The notes under the pieces: generated by a model
Databases searched by the model: none
The model's input: the letters and a program-made list of their open reading frames with translations, nothing else
What the model was told of the DNA's origin: nothing
Source: Botryllus schlosseri
Lineage: Eukaryota
NCBI GenBank assembly: GCA_051294905.1
Contig: CM119371.1
Span: 30,320,001 to 30,384,000 of the forward strand
Reading direction: 5' to 3'
Length of the DNA stretch: 64,000 nucleotides
Shown: piece by piece, positions 1 to 13,583 of the stretch
Layout: each line of letters starts with the position of its first letter
Position numbering within the stretch: the first letter of the stretch is position 1
Translations under genes and position numbers: made by a program

Positions 1-373
1 CGAACACCAGTGGTTCTCTCAGTCAGTCTCAGTGGCTCCCAGAAAATCAAGAAACACACTGAGCTCATGGATAAGATGTGCGATGACAGCCTTGTCTTAT
101 CCATCATGGGTTGCAGTTAATTAGGCCCGATCAATATAGATCAGCCGTTCCCAACCGGCGGGCCGCAGCACACTGGGGTGCCGATTGGACTGCACAGGGG
201 TGCCGCGAGAAAGTAAGATGAATAGGTTTTAAAAAAGCGTCGTCGAGCTACGTCATATCACGGTTCAGTGCCGGATTCCAGTTGCAGTGACTAAAAGTCA
301 TTTCCGGCAAAGAGACTGTGATTGTGACGCTTGGTCGAAAGTGATGACTTTTTTAGTAGGGCAAGTTTTTCAG

Positions 374-910
374 TAGGGCAAGTTTTTGCAACATTTTTTT
401 GCAACTTTTTTTTTACAACTTTCGGCAGCTTCTCAAATATTCAGAAGTTATGTAGTGTGGTGTTTTAAGCTGTCTGGAGGAATATTTTGGTGCAACTATT
501 TTCAACTTTTCTTAATTTTTTCATGCAAACTTTGCAACTTTTTTGATTTTTCAGGCAACTTTTTGCAACTCGTTTCGATTTTTTATGTAATCAACTTTTT
601 ACTGGAAATGTTTGGCACTATGTGTAAATAGGTCGCTTGATTATTTCACTGTCGTTTAAATTTGAGGTCCTTTGTGATTCGACGTACATTCAGGCTAGAC
701 CGCCGAGAATTATATTTTCACTGGTCTATTTTTTCAGGCTATTGATTTTGTTGAAGTCGCCAACATTGAGTTTTGCTACAGTGATTTGGATATGAAACGA
801 TTCGAGTATCTTATACCCGAATGATTGTCCATAAATGCACTATTTACTGCAACTTTTGTGAAAAATAAGTGAAAATTTCCTCGGATTTGACTGCAACAAA
901 AACTTGCCCT
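374..910. mobile_element. Non-autonomous TIR element with 'gcaactttt' subrepeats (copy 14171-14707; family member ~49000-49820)
   Basis: Ends tagggcaagtttttg...caacaaaaacttgccct are inverted. A homologous, SINE-interrupted copy lies at ~49000-49820. Confidence 0.6.
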
Positions 911-2109
911 TCACCACCTTCCCGAATCCTAAATTCGGACTACTCGTATTACCGAGATCGTAACTGCCTTACCCAAACTTCGCAGTTGATGGTGGTAGTC
1001 AACGAATGATGATTATTCTACTAATCAATGAAATTGATATCGTTAAGTCTGATGTAAAAAATGTAGCAGGCGGACGGGGTCAATCTTGACTTCATATGTT
1101 TATTGTATCATAAAAACCAAATCCGTGCGATTTGGTGGTTGGCTACTGCTGTATAACTTGTTAATGGGATAATATCGGTACCAAGTATAGAACCCCGTTT
1201 TACACTCTGCTCAATATCAACGTAGCAATACTCAAGCGCCGAATACATTGTCTACTCTGGCCTAGATCGTTAAGACGTAAGCTAATATTCCTTGCAAGTC
1301 GTCGTCGAAATTGTTGGCAAAGCGACGAAAGATATTGATTTCATGGGATTATTATAGCAATGGATTGCCTCAGTTGATACATTTGGCGACGCTTCAAACG
1401 TCAATGTACTTCAGCATTGTGGCCTTATGTTGCCCGAGTCGTCGCTAGGCATCGTGTACAATCTGTACATGTACATTAATACAGGCTATCACGTCACTGA
1501 AATGTAGGGTTGATAGTAGCAATATGACGTCACGTGACGTTGAGGTTCACGTTGACGTTCACACAGAACCTTTCAAAAAAGGTTCGCGTTCACACGAACC
1601 TGAACCTTTCAGAGGTTCACACCATTCCTAGTGAAAATGATTTCGTAAATCGACATAAAGTTGAATTTATCGGCAGAATTATTCAACTAGTAATTTTCTT
1701 CGCGCTTCGCGCGACTCAGTATCACCTTTCTTTTTTATTTGAATATGGATACCTATCGCTGCCCAACATACCAATACGCATGCTTTACAGAAACTCTCAT
1801 TTGAAACTAAGTAATTGGTATCACGCTGTTTTATTATTATTTTATTATTATTTTATTATTATTTTTATTATTTTACGAACGACACGATGACATTTTCCGA
1901 GGTTATAAGCCTCGCCTTTCTGAACATGGTGTCAACATGGGAACAACATAATGACGCTGATTTGCAATAAATATTCATTACAATGAATTCGTTTTGTATG
2001 AAAATCAATAAAATCATACTTTAATGGTTTTGTGCTTCTAACACTCAGTTGAGGCACAGTTCATTTTATGCACCGGTAACCTAGAGTTATGTATTAGATG
2101 CGTATATAG

Positions 2110-2649
2110 TAGAGGCGGGCAACTTCTCCGGTCGGCGAGCCGGATATGGGAAAATAAAGTACCTGGCGGGCCGGATTACAGAATCTATATATTAATCGCG
2201 TATTTATCCACCTATACGGGGAATAAATCGTATTTGATGTAAACTTTGAGTTAAGCTGTTGAAGTCAATCAGACATCTGTGGTCGGTCAAAGTTGTTAGC
2301 AAGTTATTTGAACTATGGCTGCATGTCGTATGTAGTAAAGACTGCACGTGAACATCAGTTATATTGGAACGCAGCCTTGTCTCGTTAATGCGCTTCATCG
2401 AAAATATATGTAGGCTACAGCCGAAAAGAGCAAAGTTTCATGTCCATCTTTATCAGGTTGGCAAACCTGGATTCATTCTGAGACGCATAAAATTTATCAA
2501 TGCTTTCAGAATAGAGTTTCACTTTCAGAATAGAATTGTCAATACTTTCAGAATAGAATTTCACTTTCAGGGTAGAAACTCTCGGCGGGCCGGTCAAAAT
2601 CCATTCGTTGGCCGGATCCGGCCCGCGGGCCGTATGTTGCCCGTCCCTG
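2110..2649. mobile_element. hAT-like MITE (copy 15907-16446; inverted family member 58860-59402)
   Basis: Imperfect TIRs tagaggcgggcaac / gttgcccgtccctg, flanks gtatatag/gtgtatag, and 'cggcccgcgggccg' subterminal motif. Confidence 0.7.
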
Positions 2650-2866
2650 GTGTATAGTTAGTTGTGTAATGTGATAAAGTTATGTTTTTTGTGGCTCCGC
2701 TAAAAGTTGTGGTTACCCGAACGCTTGCAGATTGGAGTATCTTTGGCCAAGATGAGTAAAGGTTAAAGACCAGTGGTCTGTGATATCTATAAATCCAACT
2801 CTTAATGTCAAAACCTCGATTAGGCACGAGTACCAAAATTCGAGCCACGGGTAGCCTACCCCAGGG

Positions 2867-3573
2867 CCCAGGGTTGTAATGACTTGAGTTGCGATTTTTT
2901 GTTGACTCGACTTGACTCGAGTCATTTTCTTCAAAATGAAAATGACTCGGCTCGAGTCGAGTCCATTTGTGTATTGACTCGAATTGTAGTCGAGTCATTG
3001 CGCCTGACTCGAAACCAAGTCATATGATTCGAGACTGGGTTCCCCATGACAGGTATGTCATTGTAATTTCGAAGAATACTAAAGTGATCACACTATTATT
3101 ATTTCGTCTATCAGTACTGATACTTGAAAATGCTACCAGAAACTGTTAAAAGTGAGGGAAATTAGTACACTATGAATGCGAAGTATTCGATATCACCGAG
3201 CAGAGTTGTAAAAAGTGGTATTCACATGACATTAACACGGAACTGAACAATCAACAGATTGACTTGGACTCGGACTTGACACGGTGGTGAAATGAAAATG
3301 ACTCGACTTGACTCGAGTAAAAACTAAAAAGTGAGGTTGACTTGTGACTCGGAGTCTTGTGACTTGGTTACAACCAATGTTCCCTCTAATTTTTGACGGG
3401 TCTGCGCACACTCACCAGCCCACTGCGCAAACCCTTAGACAACAGTGCGTAGCGACTACAAAAAAAGGTCATCACTTCAGATTTTTTGTGCTCAACTTCT
3501 GTGCGCAGAGGCCGTGTAAGCACTGCGCATTTGTGCACGTGTGCAGATTGGAGGGAACATTGGTTACAACCCT
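2867..3573. mobile_element. hAT-like MITE with gactcga subterminal repeats, carrying nested MITE 3375-3562 (copy 16664-17370)
   Basis: Ends cagggttgtaa / gttacaacccta. The inner element has TIR caatgttccctc / gagggaacattg and an exact 8-bp TSD gttacaac. Confidence 0.75.
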
Positions 3574-4027
3574 AGCCTATCCAGCCCTAGCTATCTGGAA
3601 ATATGTTTTGGCCACATCCACGTACTACCTAAAAATAATGATGCGACTAGATAGAATATGGCGGTCGCGTCGTGAAACTGGGTCAAGCAAGTGCAAGAGG
3701 AGAAATCTTACTAGCAATTTCGCAACCGATTTTATCTTTGCTTTTGGATCATATCATTTTTAGAGCCCAGTGCCCCTTTAACAGTTTTCAGTATGTTAGT
3801 CAAATATTGTAGAATACTTAAAATATAGTCTTACTCGTGCAAACTTCATTCAGAGCAGGCGGAAAAACATGGAATAAAATTTATAACGTTTTATTATTAT
3901 GACAGACGACTGAATCCATGTCTTCCAGCTGAAATCACAATTTAGTGTTTGATAGCGTTCATTATAAGGTACAGATTCAACTTGAAGGTCTTATCCCTCC
4001 AGGATCTAATAATGATTTTTTGCTTAC

Positions 4028-7000
4028 AGTGACACATGTGTCTCGTCTTCAGTTGAGAAATATTCACAGAAGGTTGCGTTGGTCTCGCAGTCACATTCTT
4101 CTGAGAAGTAGAATTGGCACTCCGGTGTACCATTGCATCCGTTGACATCTGATAAAAGCACGTATTCGGGTTAGTCAACGCAAAATGAACTGAAGTAGGC
4201 AACCGGAATGGAAGCACGAATCCAAAAGTCCAAATTAGAATCCATAGGAGATCGTCGACTACATCCTGAATAATTTGAACCGAATGGATTCGTTGTTTGA
4301 TGACATGTTCTATTTTATACTGAAAAACGGACGTCAAGAAGACAATGTGTCATATAGTCAAACTATACAAATCCCAACTTCATTAGCCCATGTCGCCGAT
4401 ATAGTCACGGTCGCTTATTGGCCACCGTATTTGAACAGGTGCATATGTTGACCCTGTCCTGTTTTTATCTTGGCAAAAACCTGCAGTTGCATAAACGTAC
4501 ATTTCTGTTTGGTATGGGGACAGGAGTAATTCTTTCCCTTGCGTTGAGGCGGCGGCAATATGTCAGTCAGATTTGAAAGCAGAAATTGTCCTCCTGAAAT
4601 ATGGAATTGTATTTCACGGAATTACACTAATGGTATTGATGACCACAGTCACGATATCGAATTAACTTATGTTTGAGCTTTGGACAGGAGTTTAACCATT
4701 GAAATCGAAAACTAGATATTATATGGCAGATATCAGCTATCAATACGAATGGTTGGCGTTTTCGTGGATGAAATCGATGATGATATGGAACATAGTGGTT
4801 AAATTGAACTTTACATACGCATAAACAGGACCGTAACTGCCGCATCCCAAACCCCTAATTGGGGGGGGTCGAGATCGAAGGGGATCCAAAATTATTTACT
4901 GAACTTACATAAATTACAGAGAATTTTTTAAATTTATGCAATTTTTACCAAATATTTTTTCGCTACGCGGGATTTAAGATTTTCAAATATCCTGATACCC
5001 TTCCCCAAGAAAAACTATGCATGGTCTATGGAAATGGGCATTTCGGCGTAGGCCATTACCGCGCCACGACGCGCGACCTATGAAGTTTTAGACCACGTAA
5101 CATGCGTCTCAGAGAAGTGTGCCAGAACGATCAGCAGCAAGAAAACCTTGGCTAAAAGAACTGCCCTTATGCTGACCGAAAGCTTCGATATATATGCATT
5201 ATGCACACACGTTTAATTATCCATAGGCGCCTAAATGACTGGCGCCGAGTGTTATTGTCGTAGCAATCTGAACCCAACAAGACAAATGCCATCCAGCAGA
5301 GAAAGATTATTTGCCAGTGAAGAAATATCAATCTGAAATCGTGTGCGTATTTTCGTTTAGTAAGTTTGGGCGATTTCGATTTCTGTTGACATAGAACAGT
5401 GCTCTTCAACCTTTTTCGACGTGGTACACCCTTTCAACGTTTGCTCAAAACTCGTACACCCCTGTTCATTAGGGGTCTTCAAAAATGACTTTTTTTCTCA
5501 AATCGTACTGGCTACTTGATAAAATTGTTAGGTTACCTAATTTAAGCCTACACACCAAATTTGGTTCAATTCCAACCAGTAGCCGCCTTGCTACGGGAGA
5601 AGAAAGTTTCTTTTTATTATATAAAAATGAATAACGAAAAATTTGAAATTTTTCTGTTCACCCCATGAAAGTATTAGGTTGTCTATATAAACGATGTTCT
5701 TCAAATTTTGTTCAATTTCGACCAGTAGAAGTGGAGTTATTGCCGTCAAAAAATTTTGATTTGAATAAAATAGTATTTGGTCACAGAGTCTATTCGAAGC
5801 CAGTTAGGCCCCCCGCCACGCAAATTGGAATTTATTTCGTGTCAGAGCACAAACAGCATGACATTACGAACGATAATCAACCTAAATGTAACAGTATTGG
5901 GGAGAGAGTAGGTAAAACTACTGCTGCAGAAGCGGTAATTCAGATCAGCGATGTTAGCAGGTGCACCAGCCAATGCGTACTGCCTGCCCCACACCACATA
6001 CAGTCGATAGTAGCACATGGGCTGCAAGAGTTGTCAGTAACCTCAGATCGTATGCCGCTATACACAGTCTATTGCAGTGCTCTTCAACCTTTTTCGGAGT
6101 GGTACACCCTTTTAACGTTTGCTCAAAACTCGTACACCCCTGTTCATTAGGGGTCTTCAAAAATGACTTTTTTTCTTAAATCGTACTGGCTACTTGATAA
6201 AATTGTTAGGTTACCTAATTTAAGCCTACACACCAAATTTGGTGCGATTCCAACCAGTAGCCGCATTGCTACGGGGAAAATAAATAAAGAAAAATTTGAA
6301 AATATGGTAAGCCTAGTGTACGTTATGTGAGACCGCTTTTCCCGCCTAGACGCGCGAAGCGCGAATAATTTCAGTAATTCAAGAATGTAATCGGGCAATA
6401 TGATCGGGAATTACATATATATTGCTATCAATTTCGATCCTCTCTCTGCTCACGTAATCAGATTCACCGGTAGAGCTGAGCGAAGTCTGTTTTAAAATTG
6501 TAGGACATCCCAATAATAATTAGACATCTTCGGGCGTATACCCGTTGGCAGGAACGAAACAGCACTTCGTCAGCCCCGCCCCCCCACAAAAACTTGGGTT
6601 TTGGGTTCTCATAGGGTGATAAACCCACCCCTCATCACAGTGTTCGCTTTTGCCGAGAAATTTGCTGCACTGTTTAGTGTGCCAGCTCGAAGCGCGAAAA
6701 TTTTCGATAATTCATTATACAATCGGCCAATAAGATTGCATTGCATATATATTGCTATCAATATCTTGTCCTCTCTGCTCATGTTATCAGATTTACCGGA
6801 AACTGTAGGGCCCATAAATAATAATTAAACATTTTCGGGTGGGCGGACCCGTTGGTATGACTTCGTTACATTATTTTATTTCGTGACCTCCTGTCTGCTA
6901 TATCAAAAATATAGAATTGCTCTAACGTACTAAACTAAAAGACGCACACGATTTCAAATTGGTATTTCTTCACTGGGATATATTTTTTTCTTGCTGGATG

Positions 7001-10000
7001 GTATTGGTCTTCTGAGGTTCAGATTGCCAAGACAGGAACATATGGCGCCAGTCATTTAGGCGCCTATGGACAATCAAACCTATTATTTGGTATATATAAC
7101 GAAGTTTTCGGTCTGCGTAAGGGCAGTCCGTTTCGGCCAAGCTTTTCGCGCTGCCGATCGTTCTGGCACACTTCTTGGAGTCGCATGTAATAAGTACTAA
7201 ATCATTATATATCTTGGTGCGTGGTGGATTGGTGGCGTGTTAATGGCCAACGCCGATATGTCCATTTCTATAAATGTTGCGTGTTTTTTCTTGGTGGAAG
7301 AGTACCAAATAATAAACATAATTGGCAACTTTAAATCGCGCGCAGCGCGAAAAATTTTGGAAAAAATTGCATAAGTTTTCAAAAAATACGCCATAATTTA
7401 TGTTAATTCACGAAATAATTTGGGGCCCCCTTCGAGCTCAGCCCCCCAATTGGGGGGTTTGGGGTGTGGCAGTTACGGTGCTGCATTGCATGCTCATTAA
7501 CCTGTGCGTCAGCCTGTCCTGACCCATAAACCTGCCTTTGTAATAGCTAGCCATCGGCTCATTGTAATTCGGATCTGGTACACCCCTGTACACCCCATCC
7601 GAGTGGTACACCCTTTGCAAATTCTGGTACACCCTAGGGTGTACGACCACCCCGGTTGAAGAGCACTGGTCTATTGTCGCTAATTTACATCACTAATAAA
7701 AAAATACTAAATTGCAAATGTATGGCGAAATATTGGACATACAATCGGCATTTTAAAACAAAAGGGCTTCGATTTCAACATGGAAGCTGTTTCGACCCTG
7801 GCTGGCTACGTCACTTCATTTATGTGCATTGCGGTATTTATTAACGTCGGGTAGGAAGTACAGATTTAAAAAGTCTGAGCTATCGCGGCGGTTTCCTCCA
7901 AAATCACTAAAAGACAAATGACTAGCTGAACCCATGTTTGTTAGCTGCATACTTTCCAACACCAAACGGAACCATTGGTCTATTGCCGACGGCTAAATGA
8001 ATAGAAGAAATATTTGCTTATGACATCACAATCAAGTGGTGTATCATATTGCTCATTAACCTGTGCGTCAATCTGTACTGACCCATAAACCTACCTTTGT
8101 GATAGCTAGCCATCGGCTCATTATAATTCGGATCTGGTACACCCCTGTACACCCCATCCGAGTGGTACACCCTTTGCAAATTCTGGTACACCCTAGGGTG
8201 TACGACAACCCCGGTTGAAGAGCACTGACATAGAAGACAGGTCACGAAACATCATAATGTACCGAAGTGATTATGCCAACGCCCGCCCGAATATGTTTAA
8301 TATTATTATTTACGGAGGCTACATTTTCCAAGACACCTCACTCAGCTCTAACGCTAAATCTGATTACGTGTGCAGAGAGAGAGGATAAAATTAATAGCAA
8401 TGTATATGCAATTCCCGATCATATTGAACGATTCAATCATGAATTAAAGAAAATGTTCGAGCTTCGCGCGGTTATACGGAATAAGTTGTCTCACGATAGA
8501 GCACAAGAAAATTTGATAAGTAGCCAAAAAAAACGGTTGGCATGACGGGGGTCTAGGTGGCGAAGCCTCAGAAGTTTGGTTTATCACTCTATGGGGCTCA
8601 AGATCAACGTTTGGGGAGCTGACGAAGTGCTGTTTTGATCCCGCGCCTATAGTATTTTCATATCCGCCAGCATTGAATTCGTATCGTGTTTCGACGCTGA
8701 CGTTGAATAAAGTACAACTCACGTTTTCGACATCCGGTCTCATCCTCGCCGTCCTTGCAGTCAGCACTACTCAGTACAACAATAGTTTAGTTATAGCCGT
8801 GGTACCCAACTTTTGACACTGACTAGGCTATATTGTCGGGCATAATTGTGGAAATACAGCATATAGAGATAAAGGGTACGCACCAATGTGCCTGCAACAC
8901 TGTTTTGTTTAATCTATAGGGTTACTATTAGGGGCTGGGGCACAATGATTCGAGTACTCGAATCTGAATCGAGTATTAATTTGAATGATTCGAGTCGAGT
9001 AGTAAAAGACGATTTTTTCGAGTAATGAAATTATACGCTTCTCGCACACTGAAAGTTAATTTATCTCAACGAGAATTCTAGTTTCGATAATAATTTTCAC
9101 TGTTGAAGCCTTGAAACCTTGATTGGCGGTATTGTAACTTACAAAACATAGTACAAACCTACGAAGGTTTCTGGACGTAGCGCATTTACGAAGTCATGAT
9201 AATCCCACAACATTTCCACCACGTAGAATGGAAATTCGGTATGGTCGATTAAATACCAAAGTATCTTTTACGAGATGGATAAAACTGCATTATATGCTTT
9301 GTGGGTGGCAAAAACGGTGCATATTTGAACTTTGACGTAATACATTCTGTTATGACGTCATAATTGGTGATACTCGATTACTCGACTCGACTCGAAGCAT
9401 ATTACGTGATTCAGAATCGAATCACTCAGGTACTCGATTTTCGCCCAGACCCTAGTTACTATACGTCCTCTTTTAGGAGGATTTGTCGTCTTTTTTCAAT
9501 AAATTGAAAGTGTCCTCGGAGGACGCATAAATGTCCTCTTTTTTGGGGAATTTGGTACCACCAATATGATAATCCTAGTCTGAACACTATTTGCGACGCA
9601 GACCTTATGCCTAAACAGGCTCAAGTATCCTGCAGATATGTAATTCGAACAATAGTGGTCAGTGATACAAGACAGGTCAGGAACCGCGCGGTTAATGGAG
9701 ATAGTTAGAACACACACCTGCCCGAAGTAAATAAACCAAATGCTACCTACTTGTCATCGCAAACCACTGAAGCAGTAATGGAAATTTCTGTTTCGTTGTA
9801 TGCTGAGAGGCAAGAAGGCCCTGATGCTTGCAACATCCCATCTACCAACATTAATTAATCAATCATTGAATTGTTCTTGACTATAGGATTCGCTAGCGAT
9901 CGTCTCACCAGCAATCAGCTTCTGACAGATGAGCGGCCTCGTACTCTCTGCACAAAGACATTCATCGCTAAAATCCGGGCAGTCTACAAACTCCCGTTAC

Positions 10001-10162
10001 AAACGCTCGTAATAGGTATTACAAAGCCTGGTTCGACAGACATCGGAAACACTTTTCGTCGAGAAATCTAAATGAAGAAATTGCATATCTTCCTGTCGCC
10101 ATATGGATTCGACAAATCAAACTCACATTTCCCGTTCGCTCCGCATAAGCATTCATCAATAT
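4028..10162 (-). CDS. Duplicated copy of gene A LDLa exons (10127-10162, 9909-10067, 9751-9841, 8723-8766, 4501-4593, 4028-4148); continues left of window
   Basis: Same exons and splice sites as gene A. Exon 9909-10067 has four 1-nt indels versus 23695-23853 (tacaaactcccgtt vs tacaactccgtt; gcctggttcg vs gcctgggttcg; gtcgagaaat vs gtcgaagaaat), giving a local frameshift. Confidence 0.75.
5397..8227. mobile_element. hAT-like non-autonomous element, outer copy (duplicate 19194-22024)
   Basis: TIR cagtgctcttcaacc / ggttgaagagcactg with exact 8-bp TSD acatagaa. Confidence 0.9.
6075..7668. mobile_element. Same-family hAT-like element nested inside the outer copy (duplicate 19872-21465)
   Basis: Same TIR with its own exact 8-bp TSD gtctattg (6067-6074 / 7669-7676). 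Confidence 0.9.
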
Positions 10163-10876
10163 CTGAATTAAAAGCGTCTTCGCGTGTTAGGGAGAGAAGA
10201 GAGAAAAGAAAACAGTAGATTCTGTCGCAGGGCGGCCAACCCGTGGCCCGCGAGGTAATTCTCAAAATTAATAATATTATCAAAAAAATTAATTTCCAGG
10301 TAATATATAATGAACTTGCCAGGCCCACCAAAATTTGATTGGCCTGTCCATGATATTTGAGATGTTGATGACTAAGTATTGAAATATTTCTTAGCACTTC
10401 TCACGATTTATTGTCTTCCAATTTGCAGAATTGAGTCCAACTATATATTGGCCAAAGTTTCGCAAAGATTCGCTTTGTGCGGATAGGACAATAATGCACA
10501 CCTGCACCCTGAGCTTTTATGACATAATTGTTATCAATTTCAATGCGTCGTCACATAATTCTTGTTTTGACCGTGACCTAATCCGGATCGCTCCTAACGG
10601 ACGACTGAAAAACGTCATCAACATTCAAGTGGCCCGATCAATGGTTCATAAATCTCATGTGGCGCTTTGGCCGAAAATGTTGACCCACCCCTGATCTACC
10701 GGATAGATGAAGACCTATTTTCGAGAGAGACATAGGCACGATTTCGGAGAAGCGAATATTAAAATAAATAAATCTGTTGTTGGCTACTGGGCCCGAATAG
10801 AAATGTGGTGTCATTGTTACAGTGGATCGCATATCTCATAGCACAAATGTCCCCCAATTGGCTAGCAAAGGTATAT

Positions 10877-11917
10877 ATGATAATATTAAATGATATATTA
10901 TAATAGAATTATTATTATGAATAGAATAGATAATTATATTAATTTTTATTGATATATTAATATTGAAAATTAGAATTATATGGAAATAGAATATTAGGTA
11001 TTATATAGTTATTGAATTATATTATGATAGATTATAAAGATTATGTTAATATAATTATTATATTTGATAAATTATAGATATATTAAGGTTAATTAGTTAA
11101 GTAATTGTATTAAATTAATGATTTATATTTATAGAATTATATATTGATAAAATTATTTAAGATTGTATATGTAGAATTATTGATAGTTAAATTATATATA
11201 TTATGATAAATATAATAATAATATAATAATGTTTAAAATATATAATAATATATTATAATTATATATATAATATATTATAAGTAAATATAAGATATAATAA
11301 TAATGTTTTGTTGATATGAATATATTATTATATATATATATAAATAATTAGAGAAATATATATTATTAATAGGATATGTAATATATATAGTAATTTAGAT
11401 TGATAGAATTATATATTATAATATATATAATGATTTTAATAAAAGATTATAAGAGAGTTAATGATAATTAAAAAAGATAATTTGATAATGATTAGAATAT
11501 AGTATAAATAATATGTAATTGTAATAGTATTAGTTAAGATATAATGAATATGATATTAGTTAATTATTAAAAGTATAGAGTATTATAAGATTATATATAA
11601 ATATATATTAGTAGTATAATAAATGATTGTATAATATATGATTTAGGAATATTAAATGAAGTTATATAAAAATAATTAAGTGGTGAATATATGTTATGAT
11701 GAAAATAATGAGTTATTATAAAATTAAAATATATGTATTAAGTTAAAATGATCATTTATAATTATTATATTAGAATTGTTTAGTTATAGTGTAGATGAAT
11801 TTATAATTGGTATGATAGGATATAATGTATGTTATTTATTTTTAAATGAATAATAATGAAAATATTAAGAATAATTAAATATAGAAATGGAATAAAATAA
11901 TAATATATATATAAAAA
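10877..11917. other. C-depleted AT-rich low-complexity stretch at contig end (probable low-quality consensus)
   Basis: About 1 kb of almost only A/T/G on the + strand (one C seen near 11753). No periodicity, it abuts the N gap, and it is absent from the other copy. Confidence 0.75.
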
Positions 11918-12017
11918 NNNNNNNNNNNNNNNNNNNNNNNNNNNNNNNNNNNNNNNNNNNNNNNNNNNNNNNNNNNNNNNNNNNNNNNNNNNNNNNNNNN
12001 NNNNNNNNNNNNNNNNN
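11918..12017. other. Assembly gap (100 N)
   Basis: Run of 100 n characters. Confidence 1.
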
Positions 12018-12217
12018 CAAATTTACTTTAGACCCCCTAAAACGTAAATCATTCGTCACAGACCCCATAACTCACGAAGGTTGAATTTTTTGCATGTGAG
12101 GAAAGATTCTGTCAGCATGTAATTGTAGACAAATTCCCGGAGTGTAATCAAGGAATTATCATGGAGAATTTTTCAAGTATTTTCGGTCCCTGTGATCCAT
12201 CGGTACCACATCTCCCC
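12018..12217. mobile_element. Right end of the GGGGAGATG-TIR element family (see 40292-42143), truncated by the gap
   Basis: Ends in tgatccatcggtaccacatctcccc|ta and is homologous to 41944-42143. Confidence 0.85.
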
Positions 12218-12939
12218 TATGTGCTGTGCAGTGTACACTGTACAGTTTGTACACTGAACGTTGAACATTGGACAAGTGCACAAAATTAGAATCAGCGCCG
12301 CGAGTAGAGTGAAACACGAACACGTTTATTGGATATAAGGCCTGCCGGTTTCAAAATCATCCGCCTGGTTCTCAAACTTCGGTGCGCGTACCACTTGTGG
12401 AACTTGAGACCTTTTCAAGTGGTACGCGAAGCGCGCGGCGATTTTTATCGTATTTAGTCTATAATTTGCTGTCCTTTGCAATAGATAAAACTATGTTGAT
12501 GAAATCACGTTGATATAATCACGTTGATCGTATTGCGCAATGCAAACACAAACAAGCAACTGATGACATTGACTAACTAGGCTACTAGGGCTAATCGGAG
12601 TATGATTCCTCAGTATAGCAAGGAAGATAAGTTATAAGCATGTCGAAACGAGATAATAGTCTGTAATCGAGATCATGCCATGACATATGCAAAGGCCTTC
12701 CTGTCCATTAAGTTCGAGATCCGGAATCGTCATATTGAGTCTGGACATGATGTCTGATTTACTACGAATATTGTTATAGCCTACCCCGGATCAGGGGTCG
12801 CCAACCTTTTTGGCCAGAGAGCCACATGAGATTTACGACTAATTGCGTAGGCCACTTGAATGCTGATGGCCTTTTTCTAGTCGTCCGATAGGAGCGAACC
12901 AGATTAGGTAACGGCGAAAACAAGACTTTACGCAGCAAT

Positions 12940-13220
12940 GGCGATATAGCGTGATGGTGGTGGTATTATCCCCAGCTGCGACACCAATGGGCTGCGGGTT
13001 CGAGTCTGATCGAGGTCGACTCCCGAATTTCTACCTCAGTGTTGGAGGTGCATTTAGTCTCCTCCTCGCCAGCTTATCCGTGTAAGCCAAGTCTTATAAA
13101 AGCCTAGAAGCGGGCCGTGCTACAAGTCGGCATTTACGGAATAAAAATGAAGAAAGTTGGCCTGATTTAAATGACCATAGTAGTCGACAAACACCATGAA
13201 TACCACATTCAACAACTAAA
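12940..13220 (+). mobile_element. tRNA-derived SINE, family 1
   Basis: Box A/B-like head (ggcgatatagcg...ggttcgagtc), shared body ending aaatgaccatagtagtcgacaaacaccatgaata, and a caa-rich tail. At least four more copies are in the window. Confidence 0.75.
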
Positions 13221-13583
13221 CATCAAATTCGATAACAATTATGCCATGAAAACTCTGTGTGCATTCTAGTCCTAGCCACGCAGAGCGCGACAATTTTTCA
13301 AAAGTAGCTAGTTTGAAAAGGACAGGATGATTCGTCGCGTCATTCAGGATCCAGCTATTACGCAGACGCTGGGTAGTAAAACAAATTAGAGGTAGGGCCT
13401 ACACGAAAGGAAATAGTTCGAGTAACACTGCTTTAAAAACTGATCTGCGATATGTGTGACCATCATATCATGTGTTTGGTATTGTTTTGCGATAACGCCA
13501 ATGGTGGATTTCCCGCAGTGTAAAATGTATACGAGTGATGTACAAACTTCCATCGCAGTCATTTTCCAAAGTCTATGACCGAC

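Larger units (their letters stand above)
1..10876. repeat. Near-identical copy of 13798-24656 (probable assembly false duplication / unmerged contig overlap)
   Basis: The ORF track repeats exactly at offset 13797. Small indels accumulate from ~8930 onward (offset 13786 by 9496). Identity ends at 'gctagcaaaggtatat' (10876 vs 24656), just before low-complexity sequence and an N gap. Confidence 0.95.

Noticed and set aside
386..8767. Short ORFs in the supplied track treated as standalone genes
   Set aside because: They lie in repeats or introns, often use non-ATG starts and show no domain signature. Real coding sequence here is spliced.
10877..11917. Mitochondrial or AT-rich symbiont insertion
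   Set aside because: No ORF, tRNA or rRNA structure is visible, and the position at a decaying contig end favours artefact.
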